From the NCBI RefSeq assembly GCF_009834535.1, contig NC_045697.1, positions 68,264,001-68,328,000 on the forward strand: DNA of 64,000 bases. Reading direction: 5' to 3'. The DNA comes from Camelus ferus (taxonomy: Eukaryota). Position numbers and translations under genes: made by a program. Below the pieces are notes generated by a model. The model did not search any database, was not told the DNA's origin, and saw only the letters and a program-made list of their open reading frames with translations. How positions within the stretch are numbered: position 1 is the first letter of the stretch; every line of letters begins with the position of its first letter. Positions 48,170 to 60,753 of this stretch are shown here, one piece after another.

Positions 48170-49585
48170 ACATTGTTCAGTTGTCTATATTTTTATCTTT
48201 CTATTCTTCTCTAAGCAGTCCTTAGTGAACTGTGGTTAGGCTCTAGACTTCAGCCTCTCATTACCACTGCTTTAGCCAAAGTGGCTAACAAGGTCTCAGT
48301 TGCTAAACCCAGAAGACACTTACTAAGGAATTCACTTGAACTGCTACTTTTGACATGGTCTGTAGTTCCTTCTTGAAATGCTCTCTTCCTTTACATTCTG
48401 TGATTGTTTTGTGTGGTTTCTCTTATCTGTGAAGTCTTTCACAGACCCCTTTTTGGGCTTTCCTTTGTCTACCCATTTCATAAAAGCCATTCTTTCTTCC
48501 TTATGCTAATTCCTTCGCACTGTTTCCTTTTCACTCAACATATTTTCCTGAGTGTCCCAATAGTCTCAAAATAATCCATTTTTTATTCATTAATCATCTC
48601 AGTTTAAATATTACTTTCTACAAGAAATTCTTCTTGACTCTCTTAAGTCTAGATTATTTGCCCTTCTGTGTGATTTTTTTCGAATTCAACCTTATTATAT
48701 CATGTGTCAGATATGTCTCTAGAGTATGATCGACTTAGTACAAAAAAACTTGTGTTCACTATTGCATCCTCAAGGAACTGCACAGTATCAGACATATAAT
48801 AGCCAGTAGATAATCATATACTGATTTTTTTAATATTGGTTAGAATAGTGGGGCATCCTTAGTATCTCTCTGTCCTCATTCTTTGGGTCATAGAGAGGTA
48901 ATAACTTATAATTTAAAAAAAAAATTCTCCTTAGATCTCAGAAAACTCAAAATCCTTGTACTTCTCTTCTTTCTGTAGTTGAAGTCATTTAATTCAGTCA
49001 TTCCTCCAATGTCTATCAATCCTCAGCTTAAACTAGAGATGGAGCTATAAGGTGATTGTAGAAAAGCAGGAGTGCAAGGACAAAAGAATCTTAAGTTGTA
49101 CTAATTTTGCTCTCTTTTGATATCCAGTTGTTCTTACAGCTGTATTAACTTTGCCCTTCTGCTTCAATTTTGAAAAACTTGGCTTCTGCCTAACCCATTC
49201 CTGCATCTGTCTTAGCAATGACCTAGTGGCCCAGTCTCTATGGAATTGTCCCTGTCTTATTCTTGACAGCCTTTTTCCTGTAGATTGGAGGCTACTTAAA
49301 TTTCACCTCCTCAGGGAAACCTTTCATAATTCTGTTGACTAGGTTATATTTTCCTGCCATATGGTCTCATAGCTCAGTATGGCACTTATTCAAAATACTC
49401 TTACACCAATTATACTTATATATAATTATATGTGTAAAATTAATATTTGTTTATCTCACTAAACTGTAGGCTCTATGAAGGCAAACATTATGTCTACCTT
49501 GTTCAAAACTCTTATTTTGAGTCACTAACACAGGGGCTGGCACACAGCAGTTATTCATTACATAAGTAGTGAAATAATGAAGCCA
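48170..49585 (+). mobile_element. L2 fragments including two 3' ends
   Basis: ccttcttgaaatgctctcttcc; ctcagtttaaatattactttct; ctaaactgtaggctctatgaaggca...ctggcacacagcagttattcattacataagtagtgaaataatgaa. Confidence 0.7.
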
Positions 49586-50048
49586 GCCCATTGGCTGGGG
49601 CATATTCTCACCTGATACATTTCCTGAAGGCCAGGTACCTTTCTTCTTCTAGGTCTTTGCCTTTGGATGCTCCACTCAGCTATCACTACTTTGGACTAAT
49701 TCAGTGCACTGGCACTCACTCCTGGTCTGAAACATAGCCTTTTGGTGCCATACTTCTGTATGTGTTTTTTCTTTCAGCACCTAAAGTTTAATCTACAATA
49801 ATCATCTAATCCCAAATGTCAGATCCCCTTAGACTGCCTTTTCAGACACAGTTACCTGAATCCTATCTAATTTTGCCTAAACTGAAACAAATTGCTTTTG
49901 TAGCCCAAGAGGTACTGGATATGGTTTGACCAAAAATGCTGCTACTCCTGAGGTCACATTTTACATTCCTGCACATCAAGAAATGCGATGATTAGGCAAA
50001 CTAGGTGACTCTACTTAAACAAGATTTCCAAGTAGAAAGCCAGTTCAA

Positions 50049-50386
50049 GAAGGAGAAAGAAAGGTACCATATGTCACTTATACGTGGAATCTTTAAAAAA
50101 TGATACAAATGAACTTATTTAAAAAACAGAAGCAGACTCACAGACATGGAAAACAAACTTATGGTTACCAGAGGAGGAAGGGAATGGGGAGGGATACATT
50201 GGGAATTGAGGATTTGCAGATACTACTATATATAAATTAGATAAACAACAAGGTCCTACTGTATAGCACAAGGAACTATATCCATTACCTTGTAATATCC
50301 TATATATATGTATATATCTGAATCACTATGCTGTACAGCAGAAACTAACACAACATTGTAAATCAAGTATAGTTCAATGAAAAAAA
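50049..50386 (+). mobile_element. 5'-truncated young LINE-1 3' end with perfect 15-bp TSD
   Basis: taccatatgtcacttatacgtggaatct...gatttgcagatactactatatataa...caaggtcctactgtatagcacaaggaactat plus A tail; TSD agaaagccagttcaa at 50034-50048 and 50387-50401. Confidence 0.95.
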
Positions 50387-51465
50387 AGAAAGCCAGTTCA
50401 AAATGTCCCCCTCCATCAACAGAAATAATAATAAACATGCTAATGTCAGAGAGAATGAATTGACAGAGAAAACATGGACATAGAGATTCCAGAAAAACAG
50501 AAGAACTCTACATTCTGTGTACAAATAAATTTAGCCTTCAGAATTTAGTTGTTCAAAGCCTGATATTTAAGGGTGGTTAACTTTGAAAAAGTAAGCAAAG
50601 ACTAAGCATGAGTGAAGATACAGTCAATAGTCTATGCAGTTCACTTTAGACTTCCAGTCTTGTTTTAGCAATTGAGATTGACATTTACTAGAACCTGTTC
50701 CTTTGTATTAAAAAGCTGTAAACTTACCATCTCTTCCATCATTTGTATCTGCATCAAGGCTGTACTCTCTCCTCTCTCTAGTAAACATTTACCTGTATGG
50801 GATATAAAGACATGCAATTATCAATTGCAAATTTATGTTTCTTTGAAATGTGGATTATATAAAATGTACCTGTTTATTTTCTAAGCTTAGGCTTAATACA
50901 ATTACTAGGTTTTCTAGAACTTAAAGCATTTGTCTAGGTACGTAGTGATATAAAGACTTATCACTGAATTTTCTCTTGACAAAAGGGATCTTCACTTTTA
51001 AAGAAAGGGTTGTTTCCGTAGCCTTTAGAAATAATGTCCTGGAAGAGATTTTGACATTTAAAATACTGTAAATAAATACAAATAATGGTAATCACATAGA
51101 ACTTATCATTATCTGAGAAAAATTTGCTTCTTTCTTAAGTACCTAAACAGTTCATTGTTTATTTTATCTCCTCAGAGGTATGTTGACATTTGCATTCTGA
51201 TGTTTCCATACACACAGGCATTTCTAGATAAAAGTTCTTTTCATAAGTGTATCATTATATCATTGAGACTTGCCTCAACACACCTCATTTTATCTGTATA
51301 CTTGCAAGTTGGTGTACCAAATAAATATTTCTGACCAAATCAAAAAGGTGTTGTATAAATAAGATTTTTATGATCACAACGAAGGTGTGTATGTCATGAT
51401 GAGCTCACTGCTTAACAGGATCTTATATTGAATGAATGCATCAATTAAGAGAAGGAAAGCTAAAC

Positions 51466-52087
51466 TGAGACGAGAGGGAAGGGGGTAGGACATAGCCATT
51501 AAAAGAGTGGCACAACAATTAGCACCAAGACGGCGGAAAAGTCAACTCCCAATAGACCTGGAGGCTCAAGATGGCGGGAGATTCGACCTCCAGTGAACCT
51601 TGAGCTTCATTATACACATTGTAACATACTAGCATGGTGAATGACACACCCACAGCAATATGACAGCTCTGAAGCTAACCATCAAAGGTCAAAGAGAAGG
51701 CAGTGGCCCAATTCCTAGGAATCCCCACCTTTCCTTAAAGTAGTTGGAATAATCCTCTCACTTGTTAGCATATTAAAAGCTAGGATCATTGCACCTCTCT
51801 CTCACTTACCTTCTGAGATGGCCCACACTCTATGAAGTGTGTATCTACTTTTACTTTAAACATGCAACCCTGTACCTCTCAGCCTTTCTCTTGACTTATG
51901 AGATAGCCTGCACTCTGTCTATGGAGTATACATCTCTCTAAATAAATCTACTTTTACTCAACTATGGCTCACTCTTGGACTCTTTCCTGAACAAAGCCAA
52001 GTACCCTAATTTGGCAGGATCTGCAAAGGACTCTGCCTAGACCTGGGACACGGCCATCCTCTCGCCCCCCCATTTTTTCCTGTATCA
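51466..52087 (+). mobile_element. ERV1 solo LTR, MER41-like (cf. MER41_BT)
   Basis: TG...CA with perfect aaac TSD (51462-51465 / 52088-52091). MER41-type motifs gcactctgtctatggagta, aataaatctacttttactc and caaagccaag; two YY1-like caaga(c/t)ggcgg. Confidence 0.85.
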
Positions 52088-52219
52088 AAACAATTAACAA
52101 CTTTGTTAATAAACATAGGCCATACCTTCATCTCTTATTTTTCTGTGATAGGAAACAACTTTCAACAGATAGAATAAAAATAAATCATAACTATATATCT
52201 ACATGTTGATTATTTGTTT

Positions 52220-52745
52220 ACCAAATTTAAATAAGCTATTTATTTATTTGGTAAAAGTACCTGCTGTATGTTTGGTACAGTTGTTATGGAGATTCTAATG
52301 ATGATGTGATGTTTGGTCATCAGTAAGTAGCTTAAGTTATAGTAGAACAAATAACTATTCATACAATAACATGTTCTATAATTTAGTCATTTTAAATAAA
52401 GATAAAAATTAGAAGCAGATTACAAAGAAAATTAATTTCCATTGGAAACTGCATCATAGAAAACAGCCTTGAAAGATGTATTGAAAGGGAAGGCATTTTA
52501 CAGTACCATTTATTTTTCACATTATTTTTTAAGTATTCTGTAATATTGTCACATTTGTTTCTGGCAAAAATTCTACAAATTGAATATTGCTTTTTTCATA
52601 TTATGGATGAGTAGTCTTGTCTTGAAGAATTATGATTATTGACCAGAGCCCAAATTATCTTGCTACCAACAAGGTCAGAGACAAAGTTTGAACTTGGGTG
52701 TATCTGATTCCAAAGTCTGTATCCTAAATTACACCACTATATTTG
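52220..52745 (-). mobile_element. L2 fragment followed by MIR fragment
   Basis: tatttatttatttggtaaaagtacctgctgtatgtttggtacag...; then cagagacaaagtttgaacttgggtgtatctgattccaaagtctgt. Confidence 0.55.
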
Positions 52746-53072
52746 ACCCTTCTGAGGAGAGATGATGACTGCAAAACTAATTGGGTAGACCGGTGTAGTG
52801 AATACCTGAAAAAAGTGAGTGGGGTAGGGCAATAATGATGGAGATGCATTTGCCCATGTTTATCTGTTCAGACACATAAATGAAAAGAAAACTCAGAATG
52901 AAGTACAGACCTCTCACCATAGTTCCTATGCTCCTTGGTGATCTGACCCAGGCCTATTTCACTGATTCTGTTGCCTACTGTCCTCTCCCTGATCCATAAT
53001 GGCACTTTTTCTTCTGGAAAGCATCTTCCCACCTTTGGCCTGTTAACACTAACTCTTTTCTCTCCTTTCTTC

Positions 53073-53594
53073 TGTTAAGGAGGAAAAAAATTTTCCTCTT
53101 TCCTTCTTGGTTCTTCTGATTGGTCTAAGAGTTAAATTGACATGACACAGATTAACAGGAGAAAATTCAAAATTTAATAACATGTCTACATGGGAAAGAA
53201 AAGAAAACTAAATAACTGGGCAAAGTGGCTGAAGCTGTCACATTAAATACTATCCTCCACTAAAGACAAGAGGATATTGAGGGTGGAGAGAGTAGGTTAC
53301 CAGGAGAAGCACAGTAAACAAGGGTAAGGTTGTTATGTAAATTGAAGCTTCAGCCTTACTATCCATTGATAAGAGTTTATAAATGTTTTGTCATCATCCT
53401 CTTCCTGGTACAGTGAAGAAAATACCCTTATAAATAGAAATTTTCCTTACAAATGTAAATGTTTCTTACAAAAGGGTAACTCCTACTTGGTTTTCAGAGT
53501 TTTCCCCATGTCTATTGTTTCTTAGAAAATAACCAGCTTAAAATAATTAATATACCAGAGACATATTTTTGAGTGGCAAATTCTGCTCCACACA
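53073..53594 (-). mobile_element. ERV1 solo LTR (MER34/MER39-like) inserted in an L2 fragment
   Basis: TG...CA with perfect cttc TSD (53069-53072 / 53595-53598); aaattgacatgacacagattaacaggagaaaa and cagcttaaaataattaatataccagagacatattt are typical of this group. Confidence 0.88.
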
Positions 53595-53699
53595 CTTCCA
53601 AATCTTACCTGCTTCCTTCTTATTATTCACATTTGACCTCCTCAAAGACATCTTTAGTTTCTCGATCTGAAAATCTGTCCCTCTCATTAAAAAAAAACT

Positions 53700-53996
53700 G
53701 CTCCCACCTATCCTTGTAGCTATGATATTCCCATCTTTTCCACAGCATTTATCCCACCATTTGCTGCCCCTAGAAGCTCATACTTCATTTCCTTTGTCTT
53801 GTTCTTTTGTTAGAAATGCTGTATAAACCCAAGCTCTAGGCACCCATTTGAGTTACTCAGTACTAAGTGTTCCTGTTCTTTTTTTTTTTTTTTTTCTTTT
53901 TCTTATTAGTCTGCCTTTTGTTAGTCTGATTTACAGAACCTCTAATCAGAGAACCCAGGAAGGGTAGAGGAAAAAGATGATTTTTCCTCCCCTACA
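53700..53996 (+). mobile_element. ERV1 LTR 3' half (MER34/MER39-like)
   Basis: gtataaacccaag...tctgccttttgttagtctgatttacag...gaacccaggaagggtagaggaaaaagatgatttttcctcccctaca terminus. Confidence 0.8.
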
Positions 53997-54489
53997 GTGA
54001 TCACCTCAATTTAAGTCCCAAATAATTATATTTGGATTGAGTAGATTTTAATTATCCAACAGTTTAGCTCTCTGTGTACACATCTATCTTTCAGTCTGAT
54101 CTATACTAAATAATGAGTGTTTGTAATTTCAATGTTTTTAAAGTATATATTTTTAAATTAGTTAAAAACTTCTGGACATGTGTTATTTCTATAATTATTA
54201 TTTTTAATCTTGTGAGTAATGGGTTAAAAAATCCCAATTTTGTAAAACTTTAACTGCCTTCCAAAGAAATATTTAGAAAATACATAATGGCTCTTGACAG
54301 ACAGACACCAATGTAGGACTAAGGTAGCTACTACCTATTAATTTTTTTTAATGTTAAAACCCAGTGTTTCTTTTTATTTTCTTCTTAGTCTTTTCTAATT
54401 TGTATTTTATGCAAATTCTTTCTCAGCTAAGTTTGTATTTTCATAGCTTTCCTCCTCATCTGAACTTTCAAATAATCAGATGTTTGCTG

Positions 54490-54725
54490 TGTCACATGCT
54501 TTGGAGTCTTTGAATCAGAAAGATCTAAAACAAAGTGCAAGCTGACATTTTCAGACTATATAATTCAAGAGAAATTTCCTGAGAAAATTCCTGTTCAAAT
54601 CCTATTTTCCTTGTTTGTATAATAAAACTAGTAGGTACATTCAGATTTTATTGTAGGATTACATTAACTAGAATGAGTAATAATATATAAAAATGCCTAC
54701 CCCAGAACTTGAGCATTAGTACACG
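54490..54725 (+). mobile_element. MIR SINE
   Basis: gctttggagtc...tcagaaagatct...ttttccttgtttgtataataaaa...ttgtaggatt...aatatataaaaatgcctacccagaac. Confidence 0.55.
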
Positions 54726-55029
54726 TACAATACGGAGTTTTTTCAGAAAAATAGCCAATATGGCTATGATTTTGGCAGAAGATGTTAGTCTCGTACTTCC
54801 CACGTCATTATACATGGAGAGGTCCTGCTTAATATCTAAACTTTAGTTCCTGAAGTTGTGCAGAAATTTATAAAATCTTTTATCTTCTACTAAAAGAGAT
54901 TGTGCCATTCTCTATTTTTTTCTCTAAAATACAATTTACCTGTATAAAGAATATATTAAAGATTAGAGAGGTAGAAAGTTCATTCAACGTATTGTAAAAA
55001 TCTATGATTTGAAAAAATATCGACTAACG

Positions 55030-56785
55030 CAACATATACTGTAAACTAAGAGTAAAGATTCTGTTTCTAGAATTGAGTGAACACAATCCACCCTCTATAA
55101 CCCATTGAATGCAGCTATGGAAACAAAATCCATGAGACAGCTGTTTGGAGACTCTGAAAAATAAATAATGATAGGAGAATTGAGGAAGAATACCAGTGTT
55201 CAAAGCACTATTGACCATCAGTGAGTCTACCATTATTTTGTCCCCTAGCATAAATTTAATGCATCCTGAAATCTGGACGAGAGAGAGCTCCAAGAAAAGT
55301 CCACTAGTCCAGCTTGAAGAGCAAGAAAGAGATGTCCCAATGTCAGAAAGAGTAAGGAAAGTTGCCAGATTTTTTCTCTTTTTCTTCCTGAAGCTGAGCA
55401 GGACCCTGGGGCCCTCTAGTCTTTTTGTGTTTCTCTCCGTTTCTTGTTTGTACAGAAAAAGCTTTAGCCTCCTAGACCTTCCCTTTGTTCCAAAGGGCAG
55501 ATTCAAACAGTTCCTAATTAGAGAAGGGAGGGAATGCAGAACTAAAGAGGAGCAGTTAAGAAATAATAGTGCAGCTATAAAGTAGAGTCCTGATTACTCC
55601 TCAAGGGATATACATAACAATATATCTTGAGTTCTCCTGTAGGAACTAAGTCCCCTACCTCTAAAATACAATACAGGTGGAGAATAGTAACTTCAAGCTG
55701 AGCACGAGATTCCTCCAACACTGTTACGCTGTTACCTCACCACTAACCAATCAGAACAGAGACACAGCTCTCATCCCAAATTTTGCTTGTAAAAACTCTT
55801 CATCAAAAATAATTATGGAGTCCTAGTTTTTTGAGCATGAGCTTCCCATTCTCTTTGCTTGGTCTTGCAATAAATCTTTCTCTGCTCCTTTTTCTGATGT
55901 TTTTGGTTTGTTTGGACTCACTGTGCATTGGACACATGAATTTGCATTCAGCAACATTCCTTGTCTCTGTTCTCTTGGTGCCCTAGGACTCAAATGATTC
56001 TGTGAAAGCAGTAACAACATGGACTACAATGGTGACCAAGTGCATAAATCTCCAGAAAGGGGATCTTCCTCAGTGTTCATGGAGCTGGGGTCCTTAGAGG
56101 ATGGGGAAATGCCCATTTACCTTTTTTTCCCCTTTTTATCCTCCCACTTCTTAGTTGGAAACATGGGTAATGTTGCAGAAGTGTACAGCGTATTGAGGTA
56201 AATTGAGACTCAACTTTTTGCCCAAGGATAAGAAAAGGTGAGACCCAGAGAACTAGAATATGCCTGGACAGTGGTGCAGAGGGGTCAACTCAGAAGACTG
56301 ACCCCTTAAAGTTGTTTATAAACTCACCTCTGAACTGAACATGAGTGGATCTTCCTCTAAATAGCATACATAGCATTTGAAACCTGACTACAAGATAGAA
56401 CATTATTCAAGTTCCACACTTCGTGGTAAATTTGTAGGACAAATTAGGTTAGTACTACAAAAGTTTGAAAACTAAACTAATATTAGAATCATAACTCATA
56501 GGATACTGGTTGGAACTTGTAGCCTGAACACAACTGGGTCGGTTGTTTGTAAAACAAAAACCTCTTTTTTAATTTATATATATCTTTTGTCTGCTTACAA
56601 AGCAACAATACCAACGTTTTCTATAGATGTTAAATAAAACCCCAAGTCTCATAACATCAGAATGTGTAGAACGCAATCCAAAATTGCTCAACATATGAAG
56701 AATTAAGAAAATCTCAGCTTGAATGGGAAAAAGACAGTTGCCAACATTGAGATGACATAAATGTTGAATTTACTGGACAAAAACT
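55030..56785 (+). mobile_element. Old LINE-1 5' UTR to ORF1 start (L1M-type), interrupted by an LTR at 55389-55956
   Basis: cagctgtttggagactctgaaaaataaata (L1M 5' UTR-like); aaaattgctcaacatatgaagaattaagaaaatct...tgccaacattgagatgacataaatgttgaatt (ORF1 start-like). Confidence 0.55.
55389..55956 (+). mobile_element. ERV1-type solo LTR (cetartiodactyl-type)
   Basis: TG...CA with perfect ttcc TSD (55385-55388 / 55957-55960); CCAAT (aaccaatcag, about 55746) and aataaa (about 55869). Confidence 0.9.
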
Positions 56786-58445
56786 TTGGACTTTATTAAG
56801 ATTATAAACTTCTGCTCTACAAAAAGTTTTGTGGGCACAATGGGGCAGCCTCTTGGTGAGCCAGTGACATGTGAGTTGGTAAAAGAATTTACCAGAGATA
56901 AAGTATGGAAATAGAAAGGAGTTTATTAGGGTTTGCTGTTGTAGACAACAGCGGGCCACACAGACGAGAGGTGGCTTGTGTGAGCACTGAGGGCCACTTG
57001 TTGGGGTTTTTTATAAGATCTGGTCACAGGGTGCCTGATTGGCTTGTGCACAAGTCCCTGATTTGTTGTAGGTGAGATAGGAGGTTTAGGGTCCCTGAAG
57101 GGTGGTAGGGTTTATAACTCGGGTAAGATGGGCTAAATCAAGCCAGCCTGAACTATAATGAGATTAGGCATTAACTAGGGCTATTAGTTTATTAGGGCAA
57201 ACAAACCCAGTAAAGAATGTACTTTATCTGGTGAAAGAACACAGCTGAGAGCCCAGGAAAGGGAGTCGTTGGACTTTGAAAGACATCAGTTGGCCCAACA
57301 AAAAACACTACTAAGAATTAAATTACAGGCCATAGACTGGGAGAAAATGTATGCAAAACATATGATTGATGAAGAATTGGTATCCAAAATACAAAGAACT
57401 CTTAAAACTCAACAATAAGGAGAAAAATGTGAATAAGTATCTCACCAAAAAAGACACACAGGTGGAAAATTATTATATGACAGAATGTTCAATATTGTAT
57501 GTCATTAGGGAACTGCAAATTCAAATAATATGATAACCGCTGAACACCTATTAGAACTGTAAAAATCCAGAACACTGACAACACCAAATTCTGGCAGGAT
57601 TGTGGAGCAGCAGGAACTCTGATTTATTGCTGGTGGGAATGCAAAATAGTTCAGCCGCTTTGGGAGGCAATTTGGCTGGTCTTACAAAACTAAGCATACT
57701 CATACCTTATGGTTCAGCAACCACACTCCTTGGTGTGTACACAGATGAGTTGATATGCACACAAAAACTTACATATGAATGTGTATAGCAGCTTTATTCA
57801 TAATTGCTAAAACTTGAAAGCAACCAAAATGCCCTTCAGTAGGTGAATAGGTAAACTGATGCATTTATACAAAGGAAAGTTATTCAGTAATTTAAAAAAA
57901 GAAGTATTAAGCCACAAAAAGACATGAAGGAATCTTAAATGTATTTTACTAAGTGGAAGAAACCAATCTTAAAAGGCTACTTAGTGTATAATTTCAACTA
58001 TAAGACATTCAAAAAGGTGAAAAGGGTGAAACTATGGAAAACATAAAAATATCAGTGGTTGCCAGGGATTTGGCAGGAGGGAGGGAAGTATGAATATACA
58101 GAGCAAAGGGGATTTTTAGGGTAGTTAAAGTATTCAGTATGATACCGTGATGGTGGATAAATGTCATTGCATATTTGTCAAAACCCGCAGAATGTACATT
58201 GCAAAAAGTGAAACCAAATGTAAACTGTGGAGTTTAGTTTAAACTGAACTATGAACTTTGGTCATATATTATATATTAATAATGATAAATATTGGCTCAT
58301 CAATTACTGCAAAATTACTACACTATTGCAAGATATTTGTAATAGTGAAGATTGAGGGGGAAGGAGTATGTATAAACTCTGAACTTTGCACTAAATTTTT
58401 TCTAACAACCTAAAACTGCAGCCAAAAAACCTATTAAATATTTTT
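56786..58445 (+). mobile_element. LINE-1 ORF2 3' end and 3' UTR (L1MC-like), interrupted by an LTR at about 56826-57300
   Basis: ggactttattaagattataaacttctgctctac|...|aaacactactaagaattaaattacaggccatagactgggagaaaat; 3' UTR tgtcaaaacccgcagaatgtac...aacctaaaactgc. Confidence 0.88.
56826..57300 (-). mobile_element. ERV-type solo LTR
   Basis: Imperfect inverted termini tgtgggcacaa / ttggcccaaca. Minus-strand AATAAA (tttatt, about 56923), TATA (tttata, about 57009) and CCAAT (attgg, about 57038). Splits a colinear L1 in an A-run. Confidence 0.8.
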
Positions 58446-58454
58446 AATGATTTT

Positions 58455-58720
58455 AAAATCTATGGATTAAAGAGAAAGGCTTAGGAAAATTAAACATTAT
58501 TTTTATATGAACACCATTGAAAATACAAAATACCAAAATTTGCAGTATTCAGAGAAAGCAGTATTTAGAGTACATAGTTCTAAATACTAATAATAAACAT
58601 ATGTAGAGAGCTATTGTAGTATTGTTATAGTAAGTCTTAAAAGTGGGTAGTGCAATTCTTTCAGCTATTCTTCTTTTTCAAGATTGTTTTGAACATTTTG
58701 CCTTTTCATTCAGTTTTAGA
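58455..58720. mobile_element. Two short L1 ORF2 fragments in opposite orientation
   Basis: + strand tgaaaatacaaaataccaaaatttgcagtattcagagaaagcagtatttagag, then - strand tatagtaagtcttaaaagtgggtagtg...ttctttttcaagattgttttg. Confidence 0.55.
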
Positions 58721-59105
58721 GAGCCACACTATTTGCACAGACTTAACGCATGTAGCGTTCTCAATTTGGCCAAAGATCTCCTAGCAGGAGGATTTCTTTC
58801 ACATAGAGTGGCTGCAAACTCACATGTCCAGAATTAGTTTCACTTACTTTCTTTGGGAGATCTCGTGAGGGCTTAAGACAATTAAAGAACTAATCAGCTA
58901 TGCTTTGCCTGCAGTGTGTTCCAGTTTGTTTCTTCATAGCAAAGTCACTGTTAACCATATTTTCCTTTTCAGTCTGTAGATCTGTCCTCCAGCTGGGACA
59001 AAGCTGCAGTCTCTGAGAGCAACATGCTCTTACTTGTTTGGGAAAGGATTTGAGATAGTTGTGCAGGACTAGTGGCACTGAGAACACTAGGTGTATCCTC
59101 TATGG

Positions 59106-59325
59106 CAGTGATCCTCAACCAAGGGTGACTTTGCTCTCTGCGGGATGTTTGTCAATATCTGGAGATATTTTTAGTTGTCACAACTGGGGATAAGGGTGAT
59201 ACTAGCACTTAGTGGGGAGAGACAAGGCATGCTACTGCTAAATATCCTACAATACATAAGACAGTACCCCACAACAAAGAATTGTCTGGCCCAAATATTA
59301 ATATTGCCAGTACTGCAAAACACTG
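59106..59325. mobile_element. MER20 (hAT-Charlie MITE)
   Basis: cagtgatcctcaacc...tctggagatatttttagttgtcacaactgg...tgctaaatatcctacaat...ccccacaacaaagaattgtctggcccaaa...aaacactg; 8-bp TSD ctctatgg / ctctgtgc. Confidence 0.92.
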
Positions 59326-60753
59326 CTCTGTGCGCTCATTCATCTTCACAAGGATTGGATACATTTTTTCAATTTATGCCTCTTCTAATTATGTCAGTTA
59401 TGTCAGGCAAACCTTAGACGAAAGCTCTTTGGAGATGATATCTCCAAGAATGCATTTGTTGTGCAATATCTGTCAAAGCATAAAACCTTTAGAAGTATTT
59501 ATGTTACTTTCTTAATTGTCTGAACAGTCTGAGGAACCTTTTGCAGTCTGGTTGAACTTTCCAAGTCCAAGGGTCTTTGTTAACTTGTGTTTGAGGTGAA
59601 TCTTCCATTTTCCAGTTTTGGTGTACAGATATTCAAAATAAAATATATGCCTCATGGTTACTTGTGATAAAAAGGCTTGAAAGTAAAGCATATTAAGTGA
59701 TTCTTTTGGAATACTATTATAGTATTATGCTTTTTTATTTTCTTACGTATATCCAGAGAGGTCACATGCTGTTATATTCCATTTACCCTCAAAGAACCAG
59801 TGTCAAAAGAAAAAAAATCAGTATTTGGATTGTGTAAAAAGATAAAATTAATCATTGAATTGACACAATTTTAACTAATTGAATCAAAATGTGAGAGTCA
59901 CATTGTCACTTGAAAGACACAGAGCACTTACCTTATGTGATTTTGTCAAGCATTTGTAAGACTTATGAAACTATTCAGTGGTTGGTAGCCATTAAGTGCA
60001 TCTCAGCTTACTTTGTGCCTAGGACATTGCTTTAATATGAGACTACATTGGAAATTGATATTTAACAAAAATTTTGAAGAATAATATAAATATTTAAGTA
60101 TAATGCAGCTATATCTTAAACATTAAGTGCACAGTGAGCAATTATCTGCATAGTGAGATTAAAAATGAGTACAATCTGTAACCAATATGGAAATGCCAAT
60201 AATGTACCAACGTTGTTCTGCTTCAGCCTGAAAATGAGGAATCAATACCAAAGTCTATTCAAGCTCAGAAAAATGGAGACTTGCATAATTGTCCAGTTAA
60301 TTTAATAAGTGTAGACAGCTGACCTAGATAAATCAAATTGTAAAGAACTCTTTTACCTCATTAGCATTTTTGGCCTGAATTATCCAGATAATTATTCCAA
60401 TTTTCTACATCACTTTGCCCATATTGACAGAATGTCTTTCAATTTTTCATGTAAATGCCTTTCTTCTGTACTGCTCGAAGCCCAGCAAGGTGTGTGTCTT
60501 TTATGATGCGAATCTAGCATTTCCGTGTTTTGTTGATACTTTTCAAACTGTTATATTTTCTATTTGTATAACGTTTAATTCCCTGTAGATAATTTGACCA
60601 TGATGGTGCCAAGAGACCTATTTATGCACTATATAATTCTGAATAGAAAACATTTCTTGGCTATTCTGCTCTATTTTTTCTTCATTTATATGTCGTTTAT
60701 TTGAATTTCTGCAGTACATGCCTTTCCTTTTCTTTTGCTCCTAGTATATTTCT

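Noticed and set aside
47947..48225. 92-aa ORF as a pseudogene or endogenous viral element
   Set aside because: TTG start and no recognisable viral or cellular motif; it overlaps probable CR1/L3 tail and L2 remnants. A tBLASTn search would settle it.
55024..55585. Longest ORFs in the window (160 aa -, 129 aa +)
   Set aside because: Both span the junction between an L1 5' region and an inserted LTR, so they are chance chimeric frames.
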